The notes: a model not told the origin generated them from the letters alone. Positions 36,012 through 44,886 are shown, counted from the first letter of the stretch. The stretch is 44,886 bases of DNA from Flavobacteriales bacterium (GCA_023255335.1 JALRIS010000093.1:1-44886), one strand, 5' to 3'. Translations and numbers: made by a program.

Positions 36012-36506
36012 ATGGCCAAAAAATTAAAACATAACATAGAGTTGACTGTTTATTCTAGCTTGGATGACCTACCTTCGAAAGACAAAGAACTTGTGTTGAG
36101 AGCAAAAGAGGTAAGTAAGAAAGCTTATGCTCCTTATTCTCAATTTTACGTAGGAGCAGCAATACGGTTGGACTCAGATGAAATAGTGGAAGGAAGTAAC
36201 CAAGAGAATATGGCGTATCCTTCAGGAATGTGTGCTGAGCGAGTGGCAATTTATTATGCCAATTCTCATCATTCGGACCAAAAAATAGAGTCGATAGCTG
36301 TAACAGCTTTTGCAAAACGGTTTGATGTTACTCATCCCGTTTCGCCTTGTGGAGCTTGTAGGCAGTCGATGGCAGAGTATGAATTGAAACAAAACCAACC
36401 GATTCGGTTACTAATGACGGGAGAATCTGGTGAAGTATATATAGCGGAAAGTATAGAAACTGTACTTCCATTTATGTTTAATGAAATTGAATTGAAAAAC
36501 GAATAA
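36012..36506 (+). CDS. cdd: Cytidine deaminase (three-Cys zinc site)
   Basis: AYAPYS.F.VGAA, NQEN.AYP.G.CAER, PCGACRQ. Confidence 0.92.
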   Translation: MAKKLKHNIELTVYSSLDDLPSKDKELVLRAKEVSKKAYAPYSQFYVGAAIRLDSDEIVEGSNQENMAYPSGMCAERVAIYYANSHHSDQKIESIAVTAFAKRFDVTHPVSPCGACRQSMAEYELKQNQPIRLLMTGESGEVYIAESIETVLPFMFNEIELKNE

Positions 36507-36508
36507 TT

Positions 36509-37537
36509 ATGGCTACAGCTGCAAAAAAAGCGTCAAGCAAAACAAAACTAAAGCATTCAAAAGCTCAATATCTAAAATGGTATGAAGACATGCTTTTGAT
36601 GAGAAAATTTGAAGAGAAAACAGGTCAGTTGTACATTCAACAAAAGTTTGGAGGATTTTGCCACCTGTACATTGGACAAGAAGCGATTGTTGCTGGAACT
36701 GTAAGTGCAACAAGAAAAGGAGACAAGCATATAACTGCATACCGAGATCACGCTCATCCCATTGGATTAGGGATGCACCCAAAGTATGTAATGGCAGAGC
36801 TATATGGAAGAACAACTGGATGCTCTAAGGGAAAAGGAGGATCGATGCATATGTTTGATACTTCGATAGGTCTGTGGGGAGGACACGGAATTGTTGGGGC
36901 TCAAATACCAATGGGAGCAGGAATTGCCTTTGCCGAAAAATACAACAAAACCAAAAATGTGGTAGTTACTTCTTTTGGAGATGGTGCAGCAAGACAAGGA
37001 GCGCTTCACGAAACATTTAACATGGCAATGATGTGGAAATTACCCGTGGTATTTGTAATCGAGAATAACAATTATGCGATGGGAACTTCCGTAGAGCGAA
37101 CTACCAATGTAACCGATATGACTAAAATGGGATTGTCCTATGACATGCCTAGCGAAACAGTAGACGGAATGAGTTGTGAAGCTGTTCATGCCGCAATGGA
37201 AAAAGCAGTAGCTAGAGCCAGAAAAGGAGATGGACCTACCTTGCTCAATATCGAGACATACAGATACAAAGGACATTCTATGAGTGATCCGCAAAAATAT
37301 AGAAGCAAGGAAGAGGTAGAAGGATACATGGAAATTGATCCAATTTCTCAGGTGTTGAAAACCATTAAAGAAAACAAATTTGCGACAGAAAAACAATTAG
37401 AAAACATTGACAAAAAGGTGAAAGATTTAGTTGCCGAATCAATTAAATTTGCTGAAGAATCTCCTTACCCAGATGGGGATGAACTATACGAAGATGTGTA
37501 CAAAGAGGAATACCCTTTTCTTATAGAATACAAATAA
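36509..37537 (+). CDS. pdhA: Pyruvate dehydrogenase E1 alpha subunit
   Basis: GFCHLYIGQEA, YRDH, GKGGSMH, GDGA..QG..HE..N, ENN.Y.MGT, TYRYKGHSMSDP. Confidence 0.95.
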   Translation: MATAAKKASSKTKLKHSKAQYLKWYEDMLLMRKFEEKTGQLYIQQKFGGFCHLYIGQEAIVAGTVSATRKGDKHITAYRDHAHPIGLGMHPKYVMAELYGRTTGCSKGKGGSMHMFDTSIGLWGGHGIVGAQIPMGAGIAFAEKYNKTKNVVVTSFGDGAARQGALHETFNMAMMWKLPVVFVIENNNYAMGTSVERTTNVTDMTKMGLSYDMPSETVDGMSCEAVHAAMEKAVARARKGDGPTLLNIETYRYKGHSMSDPQKYRSKEEVEGYMEIDPISQVLKTIKENKFATEKQLENIDKKVKDLVAESIKFAEESPYPDGDELYEDVYKEEYPFLIEYK

Positions 37538-37575
37538 ACAGAATTAACCAACAGAAAAAACTAAGATAAAGAGAT

Positions 37576-38859
37576 ATGGCTGAAATTATAAGAATGCCCA
37601 AGCTGAGCGATACAATGGTAGAAGGAGTAGTAGCGGAGTGGCATAAAAAAATTGGAGACAGTGTAGAAGAAGGTGAATTAATTGCAGAAATAGAAACGGA
37701 CAAAGCAACCATGGAGTTTGAGTCGTTTTTTGACGGGGTTTTGTTGCACATTGGTGTGGAAAAAGGAAAAGGAGCTCCAGTAAATGATATCTTAGCAATT
37801 ATTGGTGAAAAAGGGGAAGATGTTTCGGGAATATTGAAGGATGAAGCGAGTGGAGCAAGTACCAAAACTGAAGAGAAAAAAGAAGAGCCCGTAAAGGAAG
37901 AGCCAAAAAAAGAGGCTGCTCCCAAAAAAGAAGCGGCTAAAGTTGCCCCAGCTCCCACAAAAGTAGTGGCTGAAGCACCAAAGTCTCAACCTTCTTACAC
38001 TGATTCTACTAGCGATATCAAGATTTCACCTTTGGCGAAAAAATTGGCTCAAGACAAAGGGTTAAATTTGTCTCAAATAAAAGGAACAGGTGAAGGGGGA
38101 AGAATCGTAAAAAGAGATATCGATAATTTTAAAGGTGGAAATGCCGCAAATTTTGTAAACAGAGAAACCTACACGGAGGTACCTGTTTCACAAATGAGAA
38201 AAACAATAGCCAGACGATTAGGTGAGAGTAAATTTACAGCTCCTCACTTCTATTTGACCGTAGCAATTGACATGGATAATGCCATGGAAGCAAGAGCAGC
38301 TATCAATAAAAGTATTGCGCCTAATAAGGTCTCTTTTAATGATTTGGTAATCAAATCATGTGCAACTGCTTTGAAACAACATCCAACCATCAATAGCGCG
38401 TGGATGGGCGATACTATTCGTCAAAATGAACATGTAAATATCGGTGTTGCTGTTTCAGTAGAAGACGGGTTGCTTGTTCCTGTTGTTAGATTTGCCGATG
38501 GAAAAACATTGACTCAAATATCTACTGAGGTAAGAGAGTTTGCGAAAAAAGCGAAGGACAAAAAACTTCAACCACAAGATTGGGAAGGAAATACATTTAC
38601 AATCTCGAATCTAGGAATGTTTGGAATCGAGGAGTTTACTGCGATTATTAATACTCCAGACTCTTGTATATTGGCAGTAGGAGGAATTAATCAAGTGCCA
38701 GTGGTAAAAAATGGAGAAGTGGTGCCTGGCAATATTATGAAAGTAACCTTGTCGTGCGACCACAGAGTGGTAGATGGAGTTGCTGGTTCTCAGTTTTTGA
38801 ATACCTTCAAGAACCTTATGGAAAATCCAGTATTACTTCTTGGTGCTTATAACATCTAA
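37576..38859 (+). CDS. pdhC: Pyruvate dehydrogenase E2 dihydrolipoamide acetyltransferase (single lipoyl domain)
   Basis: Lipoyl motif ETDKA, binding domain SPLAKKLA...GTG.GGRI.K.D, catalytic DHRVVDG. Confidence 0.95.
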   Translation: MAEIIRMPKLSDTMVEGVVAEWHKKIGDSVEEGELIAEIETDKATMEFESFFDGVLLHIGVEKGKGAPVNDILAIIGEKGEDVSGILKDEASGASTKTEEKKEEPVKEEPKKEAAPKKEAAKVAPAPTKVVAEAPKSQPSYTDSTSDIKISPLAKKLAQDKGLNLSQIKGTGEGGRIVKRDIDNFKGGNAANFVNRETYTEVPVSQMRKTIARRLGESKFTAPHFYLTVAIDMDNAMEARAAINKSIAPNKVSFNDLVIKSCATALKQHPTINSAWMGDTIRQNEHVNIGVAVSVEDGLLVPVVRFADGKTLTQISTEVREFAKKAKDKKLQPQDWEGNTFTISNLGMFGIEEFTAIINTPDSCILAVGGINQVPVVKNGEVVPGNIMKVTLSCDHRVVDGVAGSQFLNTFKNLMENPVLLLGAYNI

Positions 38860-38870
38860 AAGAAATCAAT

Positions 38871-38885
38871 TGGCACAAGTTTTGA
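38871..38885 (+). promoter_or_regulatory. Sigma54 (-24/-12)-type promoter upstream of the META lipoprotein
   Basis: TGGCAC-aagtt-TTGA has the exact GG-N10-G spacing and one mismatch to TGGCAC-N5-TTGC. It lies in a 49-bp intergenic gap. Confidence 0.6.
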
Positions 38886-38908
38886 ACCCTTTACTAAAAA
38901 TAAAAATT

Positions 38909-39676
38909 ATGAAAAAACTTGTGACGTTGTCTGCTGCTTTCCTGTTTGTAATTTCCTGTACCACTCCGAAGAACAGTGTCGGAGAATCTGAGGAGATAAA
39001 CAAGAAAGTAATGAAACCTAAATTTACGCTAGACGAGATAGTAGGAGACTACATAGTTTCCGAAATGTCTAACTATCATTTTTCTGGAATTATTCCTACC
39101 GTACGGATAGAATCCAATGGTAATATTAGTGGTAATAATGGATGCAACACCTTTTTTGGTAGGGTAAATCCTTCTGGATTAACTTCTATAGATAAGCTGG
39201 GCTCAACAAGAATGGCTTGTCAAGGTGAGGGATCTGAGGTAGAGCAAGTATTCATGAAGACAATGAGAGAGATTGACAGCATTGCTAAGTATGGGAAGGA
39301 AGTACAATTCTTTTCTAACGGTGAAATAATGATAGTGGCAACAGAATTGGTGTTACAAGGTAATTATCTTGTGACGAGTGTTGGTAAAGTATTTGCTGAA
39401 AATAAAGGAATAAATTTCTCTATTGGCGAGGGTCGAATATCTGGATTTACGGGATGTAATACTTTTTTTGGAGAAGTAAAGCAGGAGGGACGAAATGTAA
39501 GTTTTAAAGGTATTGGAGCAACAGAAAAAGCTTGTGCGGAATTTGACAATGCGTTTGAATCAAGGTTCTTGAAAGTGTTGAGTCAAGCATCTTATTACAC
39601 GTTAAAAGAAGATAAGATTGAGTTTTATCTTGGAGTCGAGCAGCTTTTTACTGTAAAGAAGGTTTCGGAAAAGTAA
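38909..39676 (+). CDS. Lipoprotein with two META (HslJ-like) domains
   Basis: ATG 38909 MKKLV...FVISC lipobox. Repeats ISGNNGCNTFFG...STRMAC and ISGFTGCNTFFG...ATEKAC. Confidence 0.85.
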   Translation: MKKLVTLSAAFLFVISCTTPKNSVGESEEINKKVMKPKFTLDEIVGDYIVSEMSNYHFSGIIPTVRIESNGNISGNNGCNTFFGRVNPSGLTSIDKLGSTRMACQGEGSEVEQVFMKTMREIDSIAKYGKEVQFFSNGEIMIVATELVLQGNYLVTSVGKVFAENKGINFSIGEGRISGFTGCNTFFGEVKQEGRNVSFKGIGATEKACAEFDNAFESRFLKVLSQASYYTLKEDKIEFYLGVEQLFTVKKVSEK

Positions 39677-39711
39677 TTTTCGATTTACAGGCAATTGAAG
39701 AAGAACTTCAA

Positions 39712-39719
39712 TAGCTTTG
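39712..39719 (+). promoter_or_regulatory. -7 promoter element upstream of the bacilliredoxin gene
   Basis: TAGCTTTG lies 39 nt upstream of ATG 39759. Confidence 0.55.
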
Positions 39720-39758
39720 TTTAGAAATAAATTGATAACTAGAAAATACACTACAATT

Positions 39759-40172
39759 ATGTATCCAGAAGAAATAACAGCTCCAATAAGAGAAGATTTA
39801 GTAGGAGCAGGTTTCCAAGAATTGAGAAGCCCAGAACAAGTAGATGAAGTACTAAACCAAGGAGGAACCACTTTGTGTGTGATAAACTCTGTGTGCGGAT
39901 GCGCAGCAAGAAATGCACGTCCAGCAGCAAAACTATCGGTACAAATGGCTGAAAAACAACCAAACAACCTTGTAACGGTGTTCGCAGGAGTAGATACCGA
40001 AGCGGTAGCACAAGCAAGAAAATATACTTTGCCTTACCCTTCGTCTTCGCCAAGCATTGCGTTGTTCAAGGATGGTAAATTGGTACACTTTCTTGAAAGA
40101 CATCACATCGAAGGAAACACCGCTGAGGCGATAGCAGATAATTTGGCAGCAGCCTACAATGAGTTTTGTTAA
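39759..40172 (+). CDS. BrxA/BrxB-family bacilliredoxin
   Basis: MYPEEI..P.R.DL, VINSVCGCAA..ARP, TVFAGVD.EA, SSPSIALFKDG, RHHIEG. Start set at ATG 39759. Confidence 0.9.
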   Translation: MYPEEITAPIREDLVGAGFQELRSPEQVDEVLNQGGTTLCVINSVCGCAARNARPAAKLSVQMAEKQPNNLVTVFAGVDTEAVAQARKYTLPYPSSSPSIALFKDGKLVHFLERHHIEGNTAEAIADNLAAAYNEFC

Positions 40173-40230
40173 AGAAACCCACGAGTAGTTTTATAAATAA
40201 AGGCTAACTCAAACTTAGTTATACATCAGA

Positions 40231-40262
40231 AAAAAAAGAGAAACGAAAGTTTCTCTTTTTTT
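40231..40262. terminator. Bidirectional intrinsic terminator
   Basis: aaaaaaagagaaac-gaaa-gtttctcttttttt, between convergent genes. Confidence 0.8.
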
Positions 40263-40265
40263 GTT

Positions 40266-41855
40266 TTATTTAGTTAGTACAACTTTCAAGTCATTATTAG
40301 TTTGAGAGAGAATATATTCTCTCCCTGCTTCATCCCAAATACCAGAAGCTATTTCTTCTTTAAGTCGTTGTTTTATTCTCTCTATAGAAGTGTTTATGTC
40401 ACGAGCATTCCCTGTGATTTCCCGTTTTTTGGCAAATGCTAAAAAGGAAGAAAATAAGGATTCATTAATCACGAACTGCTCGTTGTACTTTTCGAGTCCT
40501 TTTGCTGTCAAAGTTTTTCTGTTATTTTTCAAATAATCAATAGCGAATTCGGTCAGGACTCTGCTATAAGCCACTTTTCGGTAGAAAGAAGAATATCCGC
40601 TTGTGTCATAAGGGATGAATACATCTGGCATAATCCCACCGCCTCCGAAGACAATTTTTCCTTGTTCTGTTTCGTAGCGAAGAGAATCCACAAAAATAGT
40701 GGAATCTACCTCAAATAATTCTCCATTTCTATCTCTGTCATAGAGTTCCATCATGTAATCGTAGTGATTTCCTTTTTGATAAGGTTTCTGGATGCTTCGT
40801 CCTGTTGGGGTATAATATCGCGCAATCGTAATTCTTATTGAGGAGCTGTCAGCCAATAGCACAGGTTTTTGGACCAGTCCTTTTCCAAAAGATCTTCTTC
40901 CATAAATAGTTCCTCGGTCGTTGTCTTGGATAGCTCCTGCTACAATTTCGCTGGCACTTGCCGATTCGCTATCTATCAGTACAGCAAGTTCAATGTCTTT
41001 TAAAATACCATTTGCGGTAGAAAAAGCTGAGTTTTTCTTGCCATCTTTTTCTTTTGTGTACACAATCAGTTTTCCATTTTCTAGAAATTCATCCACAATT
41101 TGTTCAGCAATTTGTAAATAACCACCACCATTTCCTCTCAAGTCGAAGACCAATTTTTTCATTCCCTGACTCAAGAGTTTTTTTGAAGCATAGAAAAATT
41201 CTTGAGCAGAGGTCTCGGAGAACCTTACTAGTTTGATGTAGCCAACAGTGTCGGAAAGCATAAAGGAAGCGGTAACACTTTTAATAGGAATAATACCTCG
41301 CTTAATAGTTTTTGATAGGATTTCGTCACCTCTTTTTACTGAAACAATAACTTTGGTGTTTGGTATGCCTTTCAGGAGATTCATTACTTCTTCATTCTGT
41401 AAATTTACGCCTGCAACCTCTGTGGTATCTATTTTTACTATCATGTCGCCATTTTTCAGCCCGGCTTTAAATGCTGGTCCATTGTCGATCACGTTTGTTA
41501 CGAAAAGAGTGTCGTGAAGGATAATGAATTTTACCCCGACTCCAGCAAACTCTCCTTTGAGGTTTTCTTCTTCTCTGTTATTCTTTTTGTAGGGCATATA
41601 TACCGAGTGTGGATCCAAATTTGCAAGAAGTTGTTCAATGGTTTTATCGGTAAGCTCTTTATCCGAAATGGTGTCTACATACTCTTTTTTGATTACTTCT
41701 AAGACTTGAAACAATTTTCGTTTCGAGTTGTAATCGATTGAGCTATTAGCTTCCTTTTTTTCAAAAAAAGGAGTGTTGTTTTTTTGCCCCAAATAGAAAC
41801 CAATAGCAACAGCAATGGCTAAAAATAGGGGAAAAAATAAGATAGTTTTTTTCAT
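40266..41855 (-). CDS. S41-family carboxy-terminal processing protease with PDZ domain
   Basis: N-terminal TM segment, LDPHS, DLRGNGGG, SASASEIVAGAIQD.DR, GRRSFGKGLVQ, TIARYYTPTGRSIQ. Confidence 0.92.
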   Translation of the reverse strand: MKKTILFFPLFLAIAVAIGFYLGQKNNTPFFEKKEANSSIDYNSKRKLFQVLEVIKKEYVDTISDKELTDKTIEQLLANLDPHSVYMPYKKNNREEENLKGEFAGVGVKFIILHDTLFVTNVIDNGPAFKAGLKNGDMIVKIDTTEVAGVNLQNEEVMNLLKGIPNTKVIVSVKRGDEILSKTIKRGIIPIKSVTASFMLSDTVGYIKLVRFSETSAQEFFYASKKLLSQGMKKLVFDLRGNGGGYLQIAEQIVDEFLENGKLIVYTKEKDGKKNSAFSTANGILKDIELAVLIDSESASASEIVAGAIQDNDRGTIYGRRSFGKGLVQKPVLLADSSSIRITIARYYTPTGRSIQKPYQKGNHYDYMMELYDRDRNGELFEVDSTIFVDSLRYETEQGKIVFGGGGIMPDVFIPYDTSGYSSFYRKVAYSRVLTEFAIDYLKNNRKTLTAKGLEKYNEQFVINESLFSSFLAFAKKREITGNARDINTSIERIKQRLKEEIASGIWDEAGREYILSQTNNDLKVVLTK

Positions 41856-42277
41856 TAAATGGCAATATGGTCGAGTGTGATTCCCGAGTTTTTCAAAAAT
41901 TCTAGTCCTGAGCAGTCTTTGTATTCATTGAGGTAAACAACTCGCTTGATCCCTGCTTGTAGGATGAGTTTGGCACAATCTTTACAAGGCGACAAAGTGA
42001 TGTAGAGGGTAGCTCCTTTTGAGCTATTGGTGCTTTTTGAAAGCTTCATTAAGGCATTTGCCTCTGCGTGTAATACGTACCATTTTGTTTCGCCTTCCTC
42101 ATTTTCGCAGCAATTATCAAATCCTGTAGGGGTTCCATTGTATCCGTCAGAGATGATTACTTCGTCTTTCACGATAATCGCCCCCACTTGTTTTCGTTTG
42201 CAGTGTGACAATTTCGCCCATTCTTGTGCCATACTTAAGTAGGCTTTGTCGTAGCGTAATTGTTTTTCTTTCTTCAT
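41855..42277 (-). CDS. dCMP deaminase family protein
   Basis: S.C.R.QVGA, GYNG.P.G..NC, HAEANA, TLSPCKDC. TAATG overlap with the S41 gene; ATG at 42277. Confidence 0.9.
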   Translation of the reverse strand: MKKEKQLRYDKAYLSMAQEWAKLSHCKRKQVGAIIVKDEVIISDGYNGTPTGFDNCCENEEGETKWYVLHAEANALMKLSKSTNSSKGATLYITLSPCKDCAKLILQAGIKRVVYLNEYKDCSGLEFLKNSGITLDHIAI

Positions 42278-42411
42278 TCTCACTAGTTTGTTCGAATTTA
42301 AGGGAATTTATGCAATAGGTGTAAATTTTTGAATCAAAATATTTGAATTTATTGAGTTTTGCGGAGGCAGTCATCGAATCATTTTTCTTTTTGGATGCTG
42401 ATTTTATTCTC

Positions 42412-42419
42412 TATATTTG
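42412..42419 (+). promoter_or_regulatory. -7 promoter element immediately before murI
   Basis: TATATTTG ends 3 nt before ATG 42423; TTTG at 42390-42393. Confidence 0.55.
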
Positions 42420-42422
42420 ACC

Positions 42423-43232
42423 ATGGAAGATGCTAAAAAACCAATAGGAGTTTTTGATTCTGGAATCGGAGGACTTACTGTGGCTCACGCTATTAGTAAA
42501 TTAATGCCAGAAGAAACTATTGTGTATTTTGGTGACACTGCCCATTTGCCTTATGGCGACAAATCTCCTCAGCTTATACATTCTTTTGTACAAAACATTT
42601 CTCAGTTTTTGATAGAAAAAGAACAGTGTAAAGCAGTGGTAATGGCTTGTAATACCGCCTCCGCCACTTCATACGAAATACTGAGAGATAAGCACAAGGG
42701 AGTATTTCCAATTATCAATGTGATTGATCCTATTGTGGAAGCAATTGTACAAGACAAAACCATAAAAAAGGTTGGGTTAATTGCTACAAAAACTACCGTA
42801 GAATCAGGAGTATATCAAGAAAAGTTAAAAAGAAGAAACCCGGAAGTAACCATGGAGGTATTGGCAACTCCCTTGTTGGCGCCCATGATTGAAGAAGGGT
42901 TTAGTCAAGACAAAATTAGCCACACAGTTATCGAGAATTATTTGTCAAATCCCAGGTTTCGTGACATTGATGCGCTTATTTTGGGGTGTACTCATTATGT
43001 ACTTATTGCGGAGGAGATTCATGATTTTTTTGGCGGAAAAGTGAAGCTCTTTGATTCTACGGACATACTCGCTCTCAAATTAAAATTAATTTTGGAGAAG
43101 GAGGGAGTACTTTCTTCGCAAAGGGAGAAAAAAAACAAATTTTACGTTTCTGACTTTACGCAGGGGTTTCAAGAGTCGGCTTCTAGGTTTTACGGTGAAA
43201 ATCTCCAACTCGAATTGAAGAAGCTGAGCTGA
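42423..43232 (+). CDS. murI: Glutamate racemase
   Basis: IGVFDSGIGGLTV, GDTAHLPYG.KS, ACNTAS, LILGCTHY. Confidence 0.95.
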   Translation: MEDAKKPIGVFDSGIGGLTVAHAISKLMPEETIVYFGDTAHLPYGDKSPQLIHSFVQNISQFLIEKEQCKAVVMACNTASATSYEILRDKHKGVFPIINVIDPIVEAIVQDKTIKKVGLIATKTTVESGVYQEKLKRRNPEVTMEVLATPLLAPMIEEGFSQDKISHTVIENYLSNPRFRDIDALILGCTHYVLIAEEIHDFFGGKVKLFDSTDILALKLKLILEKEGVLSSQREKKNKFYVSDFTQGFQESASRFYGENLQLELKKLS

Positions 43233-43260
43233 ATCGCAAAAAAGAGTCTGTTTGGTCGGA

Positions 43261-44574
43261 TTAGTTCTTTTTCCTAAAGAAAATATTGATGGGAACACCT
43301 TCGAATTTATAGAGCTTTCTTAATTGATTTTCAACAAATCTCTTGTAATCCTCACGGATGTACTGAGGTAAGTTACAGAAAATCGCAAAGCTTGGTGTGT
43401 AAGTAGGTAATTGAGTAACAAACTTAATTTTAATGTATTTTCCTTTGTACGCTGGCGGTGGAGTCCGTTCGATGATAGGAAGCAGCTTATCATTGAGTTC
43501 GGAGGTAGGGATTTTTTGAGTCCTGTTTTCGTACACATCAATGGCTTTTTCTAGAGCTTTGTGAAGTCTTTGTTTCGTTACAGTGGACGTAAATATCACT
43601 GGAACATCATTGAAAGGGGCTAATCTTTTTCTTACTCTGTCCTCCATTTCTTTCGTAGTATTGGTTTCTTTATCTTCTACCAAATCCCACTTATTTATGA
43701 GTACCACGACTCCTTTTTTGTTCTTTTTTATGATTTGAAATACGTTCAAATCTTGCTGTCCAATTCCTTCGATGGCATCAATCATAAAGATACACACATC
43801 ACTTTCTTCTATTGCTCTTACTGATCTTAAAGTTGAATAAAACTCAATGTCTTCTTGGATTTTGGCTTGTTTTCGGAGTCCGGCAGTATCTACCAAAAAG
43901 AAGTCGAAGCCATAGGATTTGTAACGGGTGTTTAAGGTATCTCTTGTAGTTCCTGAGATGGGAGTCACGATGTTTCGTTCTTCTCCAATCAATGCGTTTA
44001 TCAAAGAAGATTTCCCCACATTTGGTTTCCCCACGATGGCAAACTTTGGTACACCCGAAGTGTCTTCCAACTCCGGTTTAACCTCAAAATCTTCGGTTAC
44101 TTTATCCAATATCTCTCCTGTACCACTTCCATTTATAGAAGAGAGATTAAACACTTCGCCTAATCCAAGGCTATAGAACTCAGCTGACATAGTTTGGTGA
44201 ATAGGTGAATCCACTTTATTGGCAACTAAGTATACTTTTTTGTCAATTTTTCTCAATATCTTGGCTACTCTCTCGTCCAGATCGGTAATTCCCACTTGGG
44301 TATCTACTACGAATAAAATTGAATCTGCTTCTTCAATAGCTAAGTGAACTTGTTTTCTTATTTCTCCTTCAAAGATATCATCAGAACCCTGCACATAACC
44401 ACCAGTATCGATTACTGAAAATTCGATGCCGTTCCAGACCGATTTTCCATAATGACGGTCTCGAGTAACTCCACTAGATTCCTCTACTATTGCTTTCCTC
44501 TCTCCTGTAAGTCTATTGAATAAAGTAGATTTTCCTACATTTGGTCTTCCTACTATTGCTACTATATTTCCCAT
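43261..44574 (-). CDS. der: Ribosome biogenesis GTPase Der (EngA)
   Basis: Two G domains ([16 protein letters not shown] and [16 protein letters not shown]) and a C-terminal KH-like domain. Confidence 0.97.
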   Translation of the reverse strand: MGNIVAIVGRPNVGKSTLFNRLTGERKAIVEESSGVTRDRHYGKSVWNGIEFSVIDTGGYVQGSDDIFEGEIRKQVHLAIEEADSILFVVDTQVGITDLDERVAKILRKIDKKVYLVANKVDSPIHQTMSAEFYSLGLGEVFNLSSINGSGTGEILDKVTEDFEVKPELEDTSGVPKFAIVGKPNVGKSSLINALIGEERNIVTPISGTTRDTLNTRYKSYGFDFFLVDTAGLRKQAKIQEDIEFYSTLRSVRAIEESDVCIFMIDAIEGIGQQDLNVFQIIKKNKKGVVVLINKWDLVEDKETNTTKEMEDRVRKRLAPFNDVPVIFTSTVTKQRLHKALEKAIDVYENRTQKIPTSELNDKLLPIIERTPPPAYKGKYIKIKFVTQLPTYTPSFAIFCNLPQYIREDYKRFVENQLRKLYKFEGVPINIFFRKKN

Positions 44575-44593
44575 GTTCTTCCTATATATTCTG

Positions 44594-44601
44594 CAAATTT
44601 A
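44594..44601 (-). promoter_or_regulatory. -7 promoter element of der
   Basis: Minus strand TAAATTTG(CA), 19 nt upstream of the ATG. Confidence 0.6.
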
Positions 44602-44698
44602 CGATTAATAGTTCAGATTGTAGTTTGATATTGCGAATTGGTTGATTTTGAACTATGATTTAGTGGTTTTGTCATTTAATTAAACTTTGCAATTCATT

Positions 44699-44723
44699 GT
44701 CATTCCTGTGCAGGCAGGAATCT
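44699..44723 (+). repeat. REP-like short palindromic element (GTCATTCC..GGAATC type), single copy in this window
   Basis: gtc-attcctg-tgcagg-caggaat-ct, a GC-richer hairpin with no U tract. Confidence 0.6.
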
Positions 44724-44762
44724 AATATATTTGGTTTTGTATTTGCATACGACGCAGGTGAT

Positions 44763-44886
44763 ATGCGTAACAGCTACAAAGGTAAACCAGCTACCAACAT
44801 ACTTACGGCTATGGGCTATAGTTTTGGAGAACAGAATAGCGATCTATTTAAAACTCACTACGGTCTTGAAGATGTATATATCCCTG
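44763..44886 (+). other. Possible start or fragment of a coding sequence running off the window
   Basis: Stop-free frame MRNSYKGKPATNILTAMGYSFGEQNSDLFKTHYGLEDVYIP; no recognisable motif. Confidence 0.25.

Noticed and set aside
5788-42277. HD dNTPase plus three zinc deaminases read as a nucleotide-depletion anti-phage system
   Set aside because: The genes are scattered in housekeeping operons. The dCMP deaminase is a short single domain without the kinase-like domain of defensive dCTP deaminases, and there is no defence-island or mobility context.
42147-42374. 75-aa minus-strand ORF overlapping the dCMP deaminase start in another frame (possible frameshift or leader)
   Set aside because: The deaminase is complete from ATG 42277; there is no slippery site and no recognisable motif.

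Overview
AT-rich chromosomal window from a Bacteroidota bacterium. It is probably a free-living, non-Flavobacteriaceae Flavobacteriales-like organism; this is inferred from the T9SS genes, TAnnTTTG promoters, A-rich ribosome-binding regions without Shine-Dalgarno motifs, and the presence of gatB. It holds 39 well-supported CDSs and is mostly core genome. Type IX secretion/gliding content: the motor locus porP-gldK-gldL-gldM-gldN, the regulator porX, and three cargo proteins (a 5'-truncated FN3/beta-sandwich repeat protein with a type A CTD, a VWA-PKD adhesin with a type B CTD, and a His-rich LVIVD/choice-of-anchor-B-like propeller with a type A CTD). Housekeeping content: lpxK, lpxH, purine nucleoside phosphorylase, gatB, miaB, topA, rfbB, SOD, Nfu, tadA-like, cdd, pdhA, pdhC, a bacilliredoxin, an S41 protease, dCMP deaminase, murI and der. 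I found no rRNA, tRNA, CRISPR array, IS element or prophage, and no clear-cut new multi-gene system. The best leads are (i) a metal-site-degenerate ureohydrolase between topA and the T9SS motor operon, (ii) PorX (PglZ phosphodiesterase) divergent from a SAMHD1-like HD hydrolase-lpxK-PNP operon, (iii) a sensorless sigma54 activator coupled to miaB plus a sigma54-type promoter in front of a double-META lipoprotein, and (iv) operator-like palindromes at the sod and bacilliredoxin promoters. All calls come from motif recognition by eye; no database search was run.
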